Source: Myxococcota bacterium
GTDB lineage: Bacteria; Myxococcota_A; UBA796; UBA2385
Length of the DNA: 64,000 bases
Direction: 5' to 3'
Assembly: GCA_044344255.1 (NCBI GenBank)
Contig: JBIJDH010000003.1
Coordinates: forward strand, 288,001 to 352,000
Part shown: in pieces, positions 51,033 through 61,112 of the stretch
How the letters are laid out: each line of letters opens with the position of its first letter
How positions within the stretch are numbered: the first letter of the stretch is position 1
The notes under the pieces: model-generated
Told to the model about the DNA's origin: nothing
Seen by the model: only the letters and a program-made list of their open reading frames with translations
Database searches by the model: none
Program-made: the position numbers and the translations under genes

Positions 51033-53237
51033 TCAGGGGGCTGGCGGGGTCGCCGCTGCCGGTGCCTCGGTCATCACCGCGGCCCCCGGCAGCGTGATGG
51101 TGCCGTTGTGGTGCAGCCAGGCGATGAGGGCGGCGCCGAGCGCGAGGAGCAGGAGGACGAGCATGGCCGTCCGACCGCCCGAGCTGGGGGCCGCGAAGGG
51201 GTCCTCGAGGTCGGTCTCGGAGCCCTCGGGCATGGTCGCGATCCGGGTGAGGGAGCGGCCGAAGGGGATGTTGATGCGGGCCTGGGCGTTGACCGCCCAG
51301 CCGTCGGCGTCGAGGATCGGTCCGATGTTCCGGCGGCGGAGCTTGAGCGCGGCGATGAGCATCGAGGGGCCGGAGATGCAGAGGACGAGCCCCAGGATCC
51401 CGAGCGGCATCCAGATGCCGAGGCCAAAGAAGGCCTGGAGGAGGGCCCCGAGCGCCGCGGTGACGCCGCCCACGGCGACGCCCAGGGCCGCGATCACGCC
51501 GACGTCGAGCGGCTTGTCGGCCGCCGGCGCGGCGTCGGCGGGCGCGGGGGCCTGATCGGCGTTCGCGGTGGCGGCGGCGGCGGCGGAGACCCGCGCCTGC
51601 GACTTGGCGTCGGCCTCGGCGGCGCGCTTGGAGATGAGCTCCTCGACCGCGCGCACGAACTTCTTGTAGGGCGACCAGAAAGCCTGGCGCACGCTGATCG
51701 GGTTGTCCACGATCTTGGTGATGGTCGCGTCGTAGTCGCGGCCGGCGCGGTCGTAGAAGATGCCGTTCCGGCCGACCATGAGGTTGTCGGACTCGCCGTC
51801 GGTGACCGCGGCGCAGACGGTGACCTTGCGGCCGTCACTCTTGCGGACGCAGTCGAGGTAGGCGAGGTAGGCGCCGGATTGACCGGCGAGGATCGCGTGC
51901 CGACCGGGGTCGGCCACCTGGGTCACGAGGTCGCAGCGGCGCTGGTCGAACCAGACGGTCCCAGCTTGGAAGATCGCGGAGCTTCGGCGCTCGTAAAAGT
52001 CGGCGAAGCTCACGAAGTTGCGTAGGAGCTGCCCGAGGTGCGCGGCGTAACGGAGCAGGCGCTCGAGCTCGACCTGAGCCTCTACCTGGGGCCGCTGGGC
52101 GGCGTCGGCCGCGCAGAGCTGGGTGAGGCGGGCCTCCAGCGCGCTGCCGAGCAGGGCCTTCAGGCGGGCCTCACCGAGGGCGGCCACGGGGCTCTGGGGC
52201 TCGGCGGCGCGCCAGGCGGCGAAGGGGGCGAGGCGGGCGCGCAGGGTCGCCCAGTCGGCGGCGCTGAGCTCCGTGCGGTCGCCGAGGAGGGGCCCGAGGG
52301 CCGCGGTGCGCAGGACCTCGACCCGATCGGCCCAGGCGGGGTTGATGCCCCCGTCGAGGGGCAGCCCGCGCCCGGAGGTGATGAGGGCGAGGGGGAGCGC
52401 CACGGAGGATGAGCTGGAGAGCTCGGTCGGGGCGAGTGCTCCGTAGGCGGCCTCGGCGGGCTGCAAGGTCTGGAGGGCGCGGGCGTCGAAGCGAGAGAGC
52501 CGCTCGCGGGCGAAGTAGTCCTCCACTTTGGTGGCGACCGCTTCGACGGCGGCGAGCGCGGCCGCGGTCCCCTCGGCGCCGAGCGGCAGGAGGGCCTCTC
52601 CTTCGGTGGAGGGGCGGGCGCGCTAGGCCACGATCTCGCGTGCGGCCTGGAAGAAGGCGGTCACCTTCTCGGCGTTCACGCCGTCGCGGCCCGCTCGGTC
52701 CTGCACGGCGCCGAGCGCGGCGATGATGTCGCCGATCGTCGCCACCAGCTCCGGCGCGCCCTCGCCCGAGGCGGCGACCCCCGCGTGGATGACGCCGTCC
52801 CCGGTGTAGGGCAGGCGGGTGAAGGCCTGGACGGGGTCGGCCAGATCGGCGAGCTCGAGCAAGGCCGAGGCCGGTCGCCCGAGGCTGGCGAGCGCGGCGG
52901 TCGCAGCCCCGCGCAGCGCCGCACCCGATACGGTGTCTTCGCGGAGGTCGGCGGCGCTCAGGCCCTTGGGCGCCTGGAAGATCACCGCCGGGTCTCGAAG
53001 ACGGGCGCAGACGAAGTCGACCGCGGCGAGGATCTCGGGCGCGCGCACTCGGCCGTCCTGGTCGAGGTCGATGAACGCCATCGTGCGCTCGTCCATGGCC
53101 GAGCCCTGGGCCGGGGCGGCCAGCGCGACCCAGAGCGTCTTGTCGAGGGTAGCGAGCTGACGGAGGTCATCGGCGGTGGAGAGGCGGACCTGGGTCATCC
53201 CACCCGCCGTAAAGAATCGCCAAGCATGAGCGGACAT
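51033..53237 (-). pseudogene. Conserved hypothetical membrane-anchored protein (N-terminal EF-hand-like motif) interrupted by an in-frame TAG at 52625-52623
   Basis: The 204-aa and 497-aa ORFs are in the same frame, bridged by 32 sense codons (RARPSTEGEALLPLGAEGTAA...TK). EF-like motif DLDQDGRV. Confidence 0.75.
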
Positions 53238-53347
53238 TGGGTGATCTCCTCCCGGTCGCTTGGCGCGCGGCGCCGTGTCGGGCCGGGGGTGGGTGAAAGG
53301 CGTGGGTTAACTGGAGGCGGAGGGGCGACGTGCGCCACCGGGGGAAG

Positions 53348-55678
53348 ATGACAGTCGAAGCTAAGGGCCCGACCGCCTCACCAGAGCCGCGAAGGGAGCT
53401 CCTCCTCGTCGGCGGGGGGCATAGCCACGTGCAGGTGCTCCGGCGCTTGGGGATGGCCCCCTTGCCCCGGTGCCGGGTCACGCTGGTCGTCGATCGGCCG
53501 GTGGCGGTCTACTCGGGGATGGTCCCTGGCTTCGTCGCTGGGGAGTACCCTGCATCGGCGCTGGAGATCGACCTTCGACCCTTGGCTCGTCGGGCCGGGG
53601 TGCGGTTGGTAGTCGCCGCGGCCGAACGCCTCGATCTCGCGGCGCGCGCCCTCCACGTGGCAGACCGGCCGCCGATCCCCTTCGACCTCGTCAGCCTGAA
53701 CATCGGCTCCGAGGTCGCAGGGGCGGGGCTGCCCGGCGTTCGACAGCACGCCTACCTCACGCGGCCGATTGGGGAATTCGTGGCCTCGATTAACGCGCCC
53801 CTGGAGGGGCTGCGGGCGCGGGGCGGCCCCGTTCGCCTGCTCGTCGTGGGCGCGGGCGCGGGCGGCGTGGAGCTCGCTTTCTGCATGCAGGCCCGCATGA
53901 AGGCGCTCGGCGTCGCGGAGGTCGAGGTCACCTTGGTGAGCCGGACGCCGGAGCCCTTGCCCGGCGCCACGCCGGCGATGGTGCGGGCGGTGAAGTCGGC
54001 CGCTCAGGGGCGCGGTGTGCGCCTCGTCGGCGGGGTGGGTGTGCGTGCGGTCGAGGCCGGCCAGGCCCTCCTCGAGGAGGGTGGAGCGCTGCCCTTCGAC
54101 CTGCTTGTGTGGGTCACTGGCGCGGTGGCCTCCCCCTTCTTTCGGGAGTCGGGCCTGCCCACCGATCCTCGCGGCTTCGTGCGCGTGCGAGACACCCTCG
54201 AGGTGGTGGGCGTGGACGGCGTCTTCGCCGTGGGAGACTGCGCGGTGCCCGATGGCTGGCCGCAAATCCCCAAGGCGGGCGTCTACGCCGTACGGCAGGG
54301 GCCGGTCCTCGACCACAACCTCCGAGCCCGGCTGGCGGGGCAGTCGCTGCGACCCTACCGGCCTCAACGCGACTTCCTCGCCCTCCTCAACCTCGGCGAT
54401 GGCACCGCGATCGGCGGGCGCTCGGGCCTCGCGGGGCGAGGTCGTTGGCTCCTCCAGTGGAAGCGGTGGATCGACCAACGCTTCATGGACCGCTTCCAAG
54501 CGCTCTGCCCGGATGGCGCGCCCTCCCCCCGCTTCGAAGGAGGCGACAGGGGGCTGGGCCGACCCATGGATGGGGAGCTGGGCGGGGAGATGATCTGCGG
54601 CGGCTGCGCGGCCAAGGTCGGAGCGGCCGAGCTCCACGAGGCCCTGGGTCGCCTCCCGCTCCGCCCGCCGGACGACAGCGTGCTGCTCGGCCTCGAGGCC
54701 CCCGATGACGTCGCGGTCCACCGCAGCCTCGGCGGAGACGCCATCGTCCAGTCGGTCGACCTCTTCACCGCCTTCACGGACGATCCCTTCCTGGTGGGGC
54801 AGGTCGCGGCGGAGAACGCGCTCTCCGACCTCTACGCCAAGGGGGCACAGCCCACGCACGCCCTCGCCCTCGTGACCCTCCCGCTGGACGAGCCGCGCCG
54901 CGCGGAGCTGCTCTTCCAGGTCCTCTCCGGCGTCCGGAGGGCGCTCGACGCGGCCTCGGTCTCGCTCATCGGTGGCCACAGCACCCTCGGTGAGACGCTC
55001 ACCGTCGGGCTCTCGGTGACGGGGCGCATGTCGGGCCCTCTGTACCCGAAGGGGGGGCTCCAGACCGGCGATCGGCTGATCCTCACGCGGGCCCTGGGTA
55101 CGGGGGTGCTCTGGCACGCCGATCAGGCCGGTCGGGCCGGCGGTCGGGCTGTCGGGGCGGCGATCGCGGGGATGGTGCGCGGGAACCGACAGACGGCGGA
55201 GCACCTCGCCGGCCACCCGGTCACCGGCGTCACCGACGTCACCGGCTTCGGTCTGGCCGGGCACCTCGGTGAGATGGTGCGGGCCAGCGGGCGCTCCGCC
55301 CTCGTGTGGCTTGATCGCCTCCCGGCGATCGACAGCGTCGAGGTCCTCCTGAAGCTCGGTGAGCGAAGTACCTTTCACACACAGAATCGGAGCATCGTCC
55401 GCGCGATATCCGTCCCGCCGGAGCTCATTGGACACCCGCGCCTCGAGCTGCTCTTTGACCCTCAGACCGCAGGGGGGCTGCTGATCGGGATCCACCCGCG
55501 GGGGGTCACGCCGCTCCTGGACGCCTTACACAGGGCCGGCGAGCGCGACGCCGCCGAGGTGGGCGAGGTCACGGAGGCGCGGGTCGACGGCGCCCTCTTT
55601 GCTCTGGCGCAGGGTCCTCGCGGGGACAACGGGAATTCGCGGTCTCTCCTTCGACCTCAGGCGCCAACCGTGATATGA
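53348..55678 (+). CDS. selD: FAD/NAD oxidoreductase-selenide,water dikinase (SelD) fusion
   Basis: Oxidoreductase motifs LVGGGHSH, YSGMVPG and PKAGVYAVRQG. SelD motifs CGGCAAKVG, DD.A, NALSDLYAKG, GGHS, TDVTGFGLAGHL and DPQTAGGLL. Confidence 0.92.
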   Translation: MTVEAKGPTASPEPRRELLLVGGGHSHVQVLRRLGMAPLPRCRVTLVVDRPVAVYSGMVPGFVAGEYPASALEIDLRPLARRAGVRLVVAAAERLDLAARALHVADRPPIPFDLVSLNIGSEVAGAGLPGVRQHAYLTRPIGEFVASINAPLEGLRARGGPVRLLVVGAGAGGVELAFCMQARMKALGVAEVEVTLVSRTPEPLPGATPAMVRAVKSAAQGRGVRLVGGVGVRAVEAGQALLEEGGALPFDLLVWVTGAVASPFFRESGLPTDPRGFVRVRDTLEVVGVDGVFAVGDCAVPDGWPQIPKAGVYAVRQGPVLDHNLRARLAGQSLRPYRPQRDFLALLNLGDGTAIGGRSGLAGRGRWLLQWKRWIDQRFMDRFQALCPDGAPSPRFEGGDRGLGRPMDGELGGEMICGGCAAKVGAAELHEALGRLPLRPPDDSVLLGLEAPDDVAVHRSLGGDAIVQSVDLFTAFTDDPFLVGQVAAENALSDLYAKGAQPTHALALVTLPLDEPRRAELLFQVLSGVRRALDAASVSLIGGHSTLGETLTVGLSVTGRMSGPLYPKGGLQTGDRLILTRALGTGVLWHADQAGRAGGRAVGAAIAGMVRGNRQTAEHLAGHPVTGVTDVTGFGLAGHLGEMVRASGRSALVWLDRLPAIDSVEVLLKLGERSTFHTQNRSIVRAISVPPELIGHPRLELLFDPQTAGGLLIGIHPRGVTPLLDALHRAGERDAAEVGEVTEARVDGALFALAQGPRGDNGNSRSLLRPQAPTVI

Positions 55679-55781
55679 CGGGGGAGCCACGCGATGTCCG
55701 TGTGGGGGTCGTTGTGTCCGGTTCTCGACCAGCAATCCATAATTCAAGCAAGAATTCTTCTTTCAAGAGCGAGTAGAGATC

Positions 55782-56672
55782 ATGGGCAACAAGCTGTTCG
55801 TCGGTGGTCTGGCGTGGGCCGCGGACGGGAGCACCCTTCGGGAAGCCTTCGAGCGCTTCGGTACGGTGACGGACGCAGCGGTCATCACCGATCGAGAGAC
55901 GGGGCGGTCCCGCGGGTTCGGGTTCGTGTCCTTCGCCAACGACGAGGATGCCACGGCGGCTGTTCAGGCCATGGACGGGGCAGAGGTCTCAGGTCGGCGG
56001 ATCACGGTTCGGGAGGCCCAGGATCGGGGACCTCGTCCGGGTGGCCCGGGTGGGCCCGGCGGTCCCGGTGGCTACGGCGGCGGTCAGGGTGGATACGGAG
56101 CGGGCCAGGGTGGATACGGCCCAGGGCCGGGTGGTCCGGGTGGTCCGGGTGGCCCCGGCGGTCCGGGCGGCTTCGGTGGTGATCGTCGCCCTCCCCCGCG
56201 ACGCGACGGCCCCGGTGGTCCCCCGCGTCCCTATGACGGCCCTCCTCGCGGCTTTGACGGTCCGCCGCGCCCCTACGGCGAACGCCGCGACGGCCCCCCC
56301 GGAGGTCCGCCTCGCGGTCCGGGTGGCCCGGGCGGCGGCGGCGGCTGGTCGGATGATCGTCGCGGCCCCGGCGGCCCCGGCGGCCCGGGTGGTCCTCCCC
56401 GCCCCGCGGGCGGCGGCTACGGCGGTGGTGGTGGTGGCGGCGGTGGCGGTGGCTACGACAGCGGCCCGCCCCGACGCAGCTTCGGCGACAGCCCCCGCCC
56501 CATGGGTGGCCCCCCCCGCGGTGGTCCCGGTGGCCGCCCCGGCACTTGGCCGGCCGCGCCGGTCGAAGGCGAGGGGGGCTGGCAAGAGGATCGCCCCCGC
56601 CGTCGCCCCGACGCCAAGGTGAAGGATCGCCGCCGCCGGGATGATGACTTCGAGGACGGCGAGGACTGGTAG
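55782..56672 (+). CDS. RRM RNA-binding protein with long Gly/Pro/Arg low-complexity tail
   Basis: RNP2 KLFVGGL and RNP1 RGFGFVSF, followed by ~215 aa of GGP/GGY/RG repeats. Confidence 0.93.
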   Translation: MGNKLFVGGLAWAADGSTLREAFERFGTVTDAAVITDRETGRSRGFGFVSFANDEDATAAVQAMDGAEVSGRRITVREAQDRGPRPGGPGGPGGPGGYGGGQGGYGAGQGGYGPGPGGPGGPGGPGGPGGFGGDRRPPPRRDGPGGPPRPYDGPPRGFDGPPRPYGERRDGPPGGPPRGPGGPGGGGGWSDDRRGPGGPGGPGGPPRPAGGGYGGGGGGGGGGGYDSGPPRRSFGDSPRPMGGPPRGGPGGRPGTWPAAPVEGEGGWQEDRPRRRPDAKVKDRRRRDDDFEDGEDW

Positions 56673-56699
56673 CCCACGTCGCGCGTGACGGGTGTAGGT

Positions 56700-56736
56700 G
56701 CGGGGCCGCTCCTCCGGATTCGGAGGGCGGCCCCGC
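56700..56736. terminator. Strong GC hairpin between convergent genes
   Basis: GCGGGGCCGC(T)CCTCCG-GATT-CGGAGGGCGGCCCCGC. Confidence 0.6.
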
Positions 56737-56781
56737 CGCCGTACTGGACGAGGCCTTCCAGCGTCGGACCAACCCCTCGGC

Positions 56782-57978
56782 TCAGGCCCCGCGTCGGGCC
56801 GCGACCGCTTGTAGGCTGTGGGCGCTGAGGAGGGCGCTGGAGCGGAGCCGCGTCATCGCCGACAGCCATCGTACGAGGCGCTCGGCGTCGAGCTCGGTCC
56901 CGCCCAGGCGGCGCTGGTGTTCGTCGCGGCGGAGCTCGTCGCCGCCGCCGCGGGTGGCCCAGGCGCGGAGGAGGGCGCGGGCGCCGGCGGGCTCGAGGCC
57001 TCGCTCCTCGCTGTAGAGGAGGGGGAGCCTGTCGGCCTCTGTGTTGTCGGCGGGACCACCCCAGACCGAGCGCCCGTCGCTGTGGGCGAGGCTGAGGACA
57101 CCGTCCCGCCCGGCGCGGAGGCAGACCTTCGCGCGCGGCGGCGGTAGGGCGCGGCGCAGGCTGTTGATGGCCCGGCTCAGCCGGGCGCGCCCGTCCGTCG
57201 AGGCGAGGCGAGCGCCAGCCAGGGAGAGGTGGTGGCGGGCCTCGAGCAGCGAGCTGTGCAGCGCCCGGCGGAGGAGGCGAGCGGCGTCGATCGCGGAGGG
57301 GGGCGGCGTGGCGGCCCAGGCCGAGGCGAGCTCGGAGAGGGGGTGGTCGCCCTCGGGATCGAAGCGCGCGCCGAGGCGACCGAGGGCGCGGAGGGCGTCC
57401 GGCCCGGCGAGGGGGGCCGCGAAGGGGTCGAGCCAGGCGAGTCGAAAGCGGCGCCCGTCGAGGAAGAGGGTGGCGCCGAGCGGGCCGGAGACCCCGAGGC
57501 CGGCGCGCTGCAGCTCGGAGAGGGCGAGCACGCCGTCCCCGAGCAGGTGGGCCAGCACGCTCCAATCGAGGGGGCCTCCTGGGTGAAGGAGGTCGAGGGC
57601 CGAAGGGCCGGGGCGCGTCACCCAAAGGTAAGGGCGCTCCTCCGCGTCGGCGCGAGACGGCAGGAGCAGGGCGGCGGAGTCGAGCGGGGGAAACGGTCGG
57701 GTGAAGCGTCGGCGGATGACGGGGTCGCGGGCCCAGCGGCTGCGCAAGACGCGCAGCAGGACGGCTTGACCGCGCTCCGTGTCGGTAGCCTCGAGGGTGA
57801 GGCCGATCTCGTCCACGGCGAGGAGCCGGCCACAGCGGTGCCGACCGAGCTGCGGTGGGACATCGGCCTCGGCGAGCTCGAGGTCCCGCAGGCGGAGCAG
57901 GGCGAGGTCGTCCGTGGCGGCGGCCCGGGCCGCGCTCAGGCCTTCGAGGTCGAGGGGCTCGTCTTCGTCACGGTTCAC
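56782..57978 (-). CDS. Degenerate Ser/Thr kinase-fold protein (pseudokinase)
   Basis: N-lobe pattern LGRHRCGRLLA.....L.A.D......V.LRVL. VAIK Lys replaced by Arg; HRD and DFG not recognisable. Confidence 0.6.
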   Translation of the reverse strand: MNRDEDEPLDLEGLSAARAAATDDLALLRLRDLELAEADVPPQLGRHRCGRLLAVDEIGLTLEATDTERGQAVLLRVLRSRWARDPVIRRRFTRPFPPLDSAALLLPSRADAEERPYLWVTRPGPSALDLLHPGGPLDWSVLAHLLGDGVLALSELQRAGLGVSGPLGATLFLDGRRFRLAWLDPFAAPLAGPDALRALGRLGARFDPEGDHPLSELASAWAATPPPSAIDAARLLRRALHSSLLEARHHLSLAGARLASTDGRARLSRAINSLRRALPPPRAKVCLRAGRDGVLSLAHSDGRSVWGGPADNTEADRLPLLYSEERGLEPAGARALLRAWATRGGGDELRRDEHQRRLGGTELDAERLVRWLSAMTRLRSSALLSAHSLQAVAARRGA

Positions 57979-57987
57979 GCCTGCATC

Positions 57988-59589
57988 CTACCTTCGGCGG
58001 AGGCGCCGAGCGACCAGACCGAGCACGAGGGTGACCTCGGGGATGCGGAAGAGCAGGCAGGCCCCGAGGTAGCTCAGCCCGCCGACCAGGCCGTAGAGCC
58101 CGCCTCGCACCAGCGGCAGCTCGAAGCCCACCAGGGCCCGGGCCCCGAGGCCGGCGCCGATCCCGATCGCGGTCGCCGGTAGGGCGCGGAAGAAGAAGGC
58201 GCCGTATCCATCGGGCTCTCCGGGGAAGAGCAAGCGAAGCGTCCCGATCAGGCTGAGCGTGTACACGGTGATCGCGACGGAAGAGGCGGCCGCGAGGCCG
58301 ATGATGCCCTCGCGCTGACCGAGGTAGGCGTAGAGCGGGAAGGTGACCAGCACCACCCCCGTCCCCATGAGGGTGGGCTGCCAGGTGCGACCGTGGAGGT
58401 AGAAGCCGCGCGCCAGCACCGACTGCGCCGACCACGCCCACAGGCCGAGGCAGAAGATGCCGAGCACCACGCCGATGTGGGAGTACTCATGAGGGCTGAT
58501 CCGCCCGCCGTAGATCACCCGCGCGATCTCCGGCCCTGACACGGTCATCACCACCTGGGCGCCGAGGGCCAGCACGAGCATGCCGCGCACGGAGGCGGAG
58601 AGGGTTCGAAAAGCCTCCGCAGCGCGGCCCTCCCCCATCATGCGGGAGAGGGTGGGGTAGGCCGCGACCCCGGTCGCGATGCCGAAGATGCCCATCGGCA
58701 CCTTCATCAGCGTCTTGGCGTAGCCGAGGGAGGCGATCGCGCCCGCTCCGAGGAGCGAGCCCTGGCGGCGGAGCAGCCAGTCATCGACGACCACGATCGA
58801 CAGGCCCAGCATGATCGGCAGGGAGCGGAGGAACCAACGGCGGAGGTCGGGGTTGGAGAGGTTCAGGCCGGGGCGCCAGCGGAGCCCGAGGCGCAGGTTG
58901 CCGTAGAGGGGCATGCCGAAGGGGCCGATCAGAGCGCCGGCCAGCACCCCCCAAGCGAAGCCGATCGCGCTCTGGCCGATGAGGCCGCCGAGCACGATGC
59001 AGACCGCGTAGACCAGGCTGGAGGTCGCGGCGAGGCCGTGGCGGTCGCGGGCCTGGAGGGCCGCGCTCAGCACCGCGCCCAGGATGTGAAAGACCTGGGC
59101 GGGCAGGAGGATGCGGATGAGGTGCACCAGGAGCAGGTTCTGAGCGTCGTCGAAGCCAGGCGCCAGCAGGCCTGTGAGCTGCGGGGCCGCGACCCAGAGC
59201 GTGGGGATCAGCACCACCAACAGGGCGACCAGCGTGTTGAAGATGGCCGAGAAGGCCCCCCAGGCGCGCTCGTCGTCCTCCTGGGCGAGGTGCCCGGCGA
59301 AGATGGGGATGAAGACGAGCGAGATCGCGCCGCCCGCCAGCGCGTAGTTGACGAAGTCACCGAGGTTGAAGGCGGTCAGGTAGACGTCGGCGTCGCCTGA
59401 GGTCCCGAGGATGCGACCGAGCACCCCCTCGCGGATGATGCCGATCACGCGGGAGAGGAGGATGGAGGCGCCCCAGATGAGGGAGGCCACACGGAGGGCC
59501 CGACCCGGGCTGGGGGGCACCGCAGGTGCCGGGGCTTGGGGCGGTGGGGAGCCAGGCGAAGGGGAGCCAGGCGAAGGGGAGGCGGTCAT
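57988..59589 (-). CDS. murJ: Lipid II flippase MurJ/MviN
   Basis: Motifs LSRVIGIIRE, DVY..AF, GGAIS..FIP, YA..LM.VP.GIFG and RGFY. About 14 TM segments. Confidence 0.92.
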   Translation of the reverse strand: MTASPSPGSPSPGSPPPQAPAPAVPPSPGRALRVASLIWGASILLSRVIGIIREGVLGRILGTSGDADVYLTAFNLGDFVNYALAGGAISLVFIPIFAGHLAQEDDERAWGAFSAIFNTLVALLVVLIPTLWVAAPQLTGLLAPGFDDAQNLLLVHLIRILLPAQVFHILGAVLSAALQARDRHGLAATSSLVYAVCIVLGGLIGQSAIGFAWGVLAGALIGPFGMPLYGNLRLGLRWRPGLNLSNPDLRRWFLRSLPIMLGLSIVVVDDWLLRRQGSLLGAGAIASLGYAKTLMKVPMGIFGIATGVAAYPTLSRMMGEGRAAEAFRTLSASVRGMLVLALGAQVVMTVSGPEIARVIYGGRISPHEYSHIGVVLGIFCLGLWAWSAQSVLARGFYLHGRTWQPTLMGTGVVLVTFPLYAYLGQREGIIGLAAASSVAITVYTLSLIGTLRLLFPGEPDGYGAFFFRALPATAIGIGAGLGARALVGFELPLVRGGLYGLVGGLSYLGACLLFRIPEVTLVLGLVARRLRRR

Positions 59590-59595
59590 CGGCCC

Positions 59596-60366
59596 TCATC
59601 CACCGGCGTCGCAGCGCCAGTCCCCGAGGGGCTGCAGCGTGACCGTCCCGGGGGCCTCGAGGAGTCGGTAGGCGACCACGCGGGCCTCGTTGAAAATGGC
59701 CGTCTCGCGGGCCTTGTCGCCGTCCAGGTCGGCGGGGGGCAACAGTCGGGCGGCCGCGCAGAAGCCCGGGAGGCTCTCGTGATCGAGGACGTTCGCCGCT
59801 GTGGCGTCGAGGATGGCGATGACGCCGGTGCAATCGCGCACCCCGCTCGCGAGCAGCACGGGTGGGCCGCCGAAGCGGCGGACCTTGATGAGGCTGCCCA
59901 TGACGAGGCCGCGCTGGCGCCCTGGGGCGGCGTCGGGGCTGGCGGGGGTGTAGGGGTCCGGCGGCGGGAGGAGGGCGTCGAGGCGCCAATTCGCGGTCTC
60001 GACGAGGGCGCTCGGGAGGGCTGGGGGTTCGGCGGGGGCCTCGGGGGCGGCGACGGCGCTCGGCGGGGCCAGGGCCGCGTGAGGGGGCGCGCCGACGGCC
60101 TCCTCGCCACAAGCGCCGCGGCCGCCGGGTGTGGTGAGGGCCACACCGCGGGGGCCGACGAGGATGGAGCCGCCGCCGGTCTTGAAGGCCTTGCCCTCCC
60201 GCCAGAAGACGGCTCCCCACCCGGGCTCAGCGGCGGGGAGCGCCGCGCCGGGTGCGTCAGCCGGGGGAAGGGGCGCCTCCGGCGTTGATCCGCAGGCCCC
60301 GAGCGCGGCGGCGAGCGCGGCGTTGCGGAGCCAGGGGCGGCGGGAGGGAGGCTTGGATGCGGTCAT
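59596..60366 (-). CDS. Hypothetical lipoprotein
   Basis: Lipobox LGAC. C-terminal DLDGD motif. Confidence 0.65.
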   Translation of the reverse strand: MTASKPPSRRPWLRNAALAAALGACGSTPEAPLPPADAPGAALPAAEPGWGAVFWREGKAFKTGGGSILVGPRGVALTTPGGRGACGEEAVGAPPHAALAPPSAVAAPEAPAEPPALPSALVETANWRLDALLPPPDPYTPASPDAAPGRQRGLVMGSLIKVRRFGGPPVLLASGVRDCTGVIAILDATAANVLDHESLPGFCAAARLLPPADLDGDKARETAIFNEARVVAYRLLEAPGTVTLQPLGDWRCDAGG

Positions 60367-60430
60367 GGTGGCGGAGGTTAACCGGCCAGCGGCCCCCACC
60401 GCCCCTCCGCCCCTCCGCCCAGGAGACTCG

Positions 60431-60991
60431 ATGTCCCGCCCCCCCGCTCCGCGCCGCCTCGATCCCGATCGCTCGATGCTCCTGCTGATCGACTGGCAGG
60501 AGCGCCTCTTCCCCGCCATGCCGGAGGGCCTCCGCGAGGCCACGCTCGAGCGGGTCCGCACCCTTCGGTGGCTGGCCGCAGAGCTCGGCGTGCCCACGCT
60601 CTTCACCGAGCAGTATCCCCGCGGGCTCGGTCACACCCTCCCCGCCTTGGAGCCGGTCGGGGCGGTCGAGAAGACGAGCTTCTCTGTGATGGGCGAGCCG
60701 ACCTTCGCCGCGGTCCTCGCCGCACACCCCGACCGCGACCAGCTCGTGCTCACGGGCATGGAGACCCACATCTGCGTCGCCCAGAGCGCCGCCGATCTCC
60801 TGCAGTCCGGCCGGGCGGTCACGCTGGTCGCCGACGGCGTGCTCTCGCGTCGAAAGCTCGACTGGCGGCTCGGCGTCGAGCGCGTCCGCGACGCGGGGGC
60901 CTCGATCTCCACCCAGGAGGGGGTGGCCTTCGAGTGGCTGGGCCGAGCCGGGAGCCCGGCCTTCAAGGAGCTCAGCCGGCGTATCCGCTGA
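60431..60991 (+). CDS. Isochorismatase/YcaC-like hydrolase
   Basis: Motifs LLIDWQERL, TEQYPRGLG.T, EKTSFS and GMETHICVAQS. Confidence 0.92.
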   Translation: MSRPPAPRRLDPDRSMLLLIDWQERLFPAMPEGLREATLERVRTLRWLAAELGVPTLFTEQYPRGLGHTLPALEPVGAVEKTSFSVMGEPTFAAVLAAHPDRDQLVLTGMETHICVAQSAADLLQSGRAVTLVADGVLSRRKLDWRLGVERVRDAGASISTQEGVAFEWLGRAGSPAFKELSRRIR

Positions 60992-61112
60992 GGACCGCCC
61001 TCAACCTGGGGGACGATCCGCTCCGAGGGCCAGACGGAACCGGCCCGCGGTAGTCCACCGTCCTGTTCTTCAGGCGGGGTCTAGCGCGGGCCGTGGGGGC
61101 TTCGGCGTCTGA

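Noticed and set aside
52623..52625. Pyrrolysine recoding or a genome-wide TAG reassignment
   Set aside because: No pyl genes in the window, and TAG terminates conserved genes normally here (e.g. dapD).
42326..55678. Selenocysteine (in-frame TGA) in the molybdoenzyme or SelD
   Set aside because: Both frames are uninterrupted and use Cys codons at the catalytic positions.
59546..59581. Short 15-bp repeat at the murJ N-terminus (SPSPG x2), and similar micro-repeats in ecsC and the Mo subunit start
   Set aside because: Two-copy low-complexity duplications in disordered termini with no evident function.
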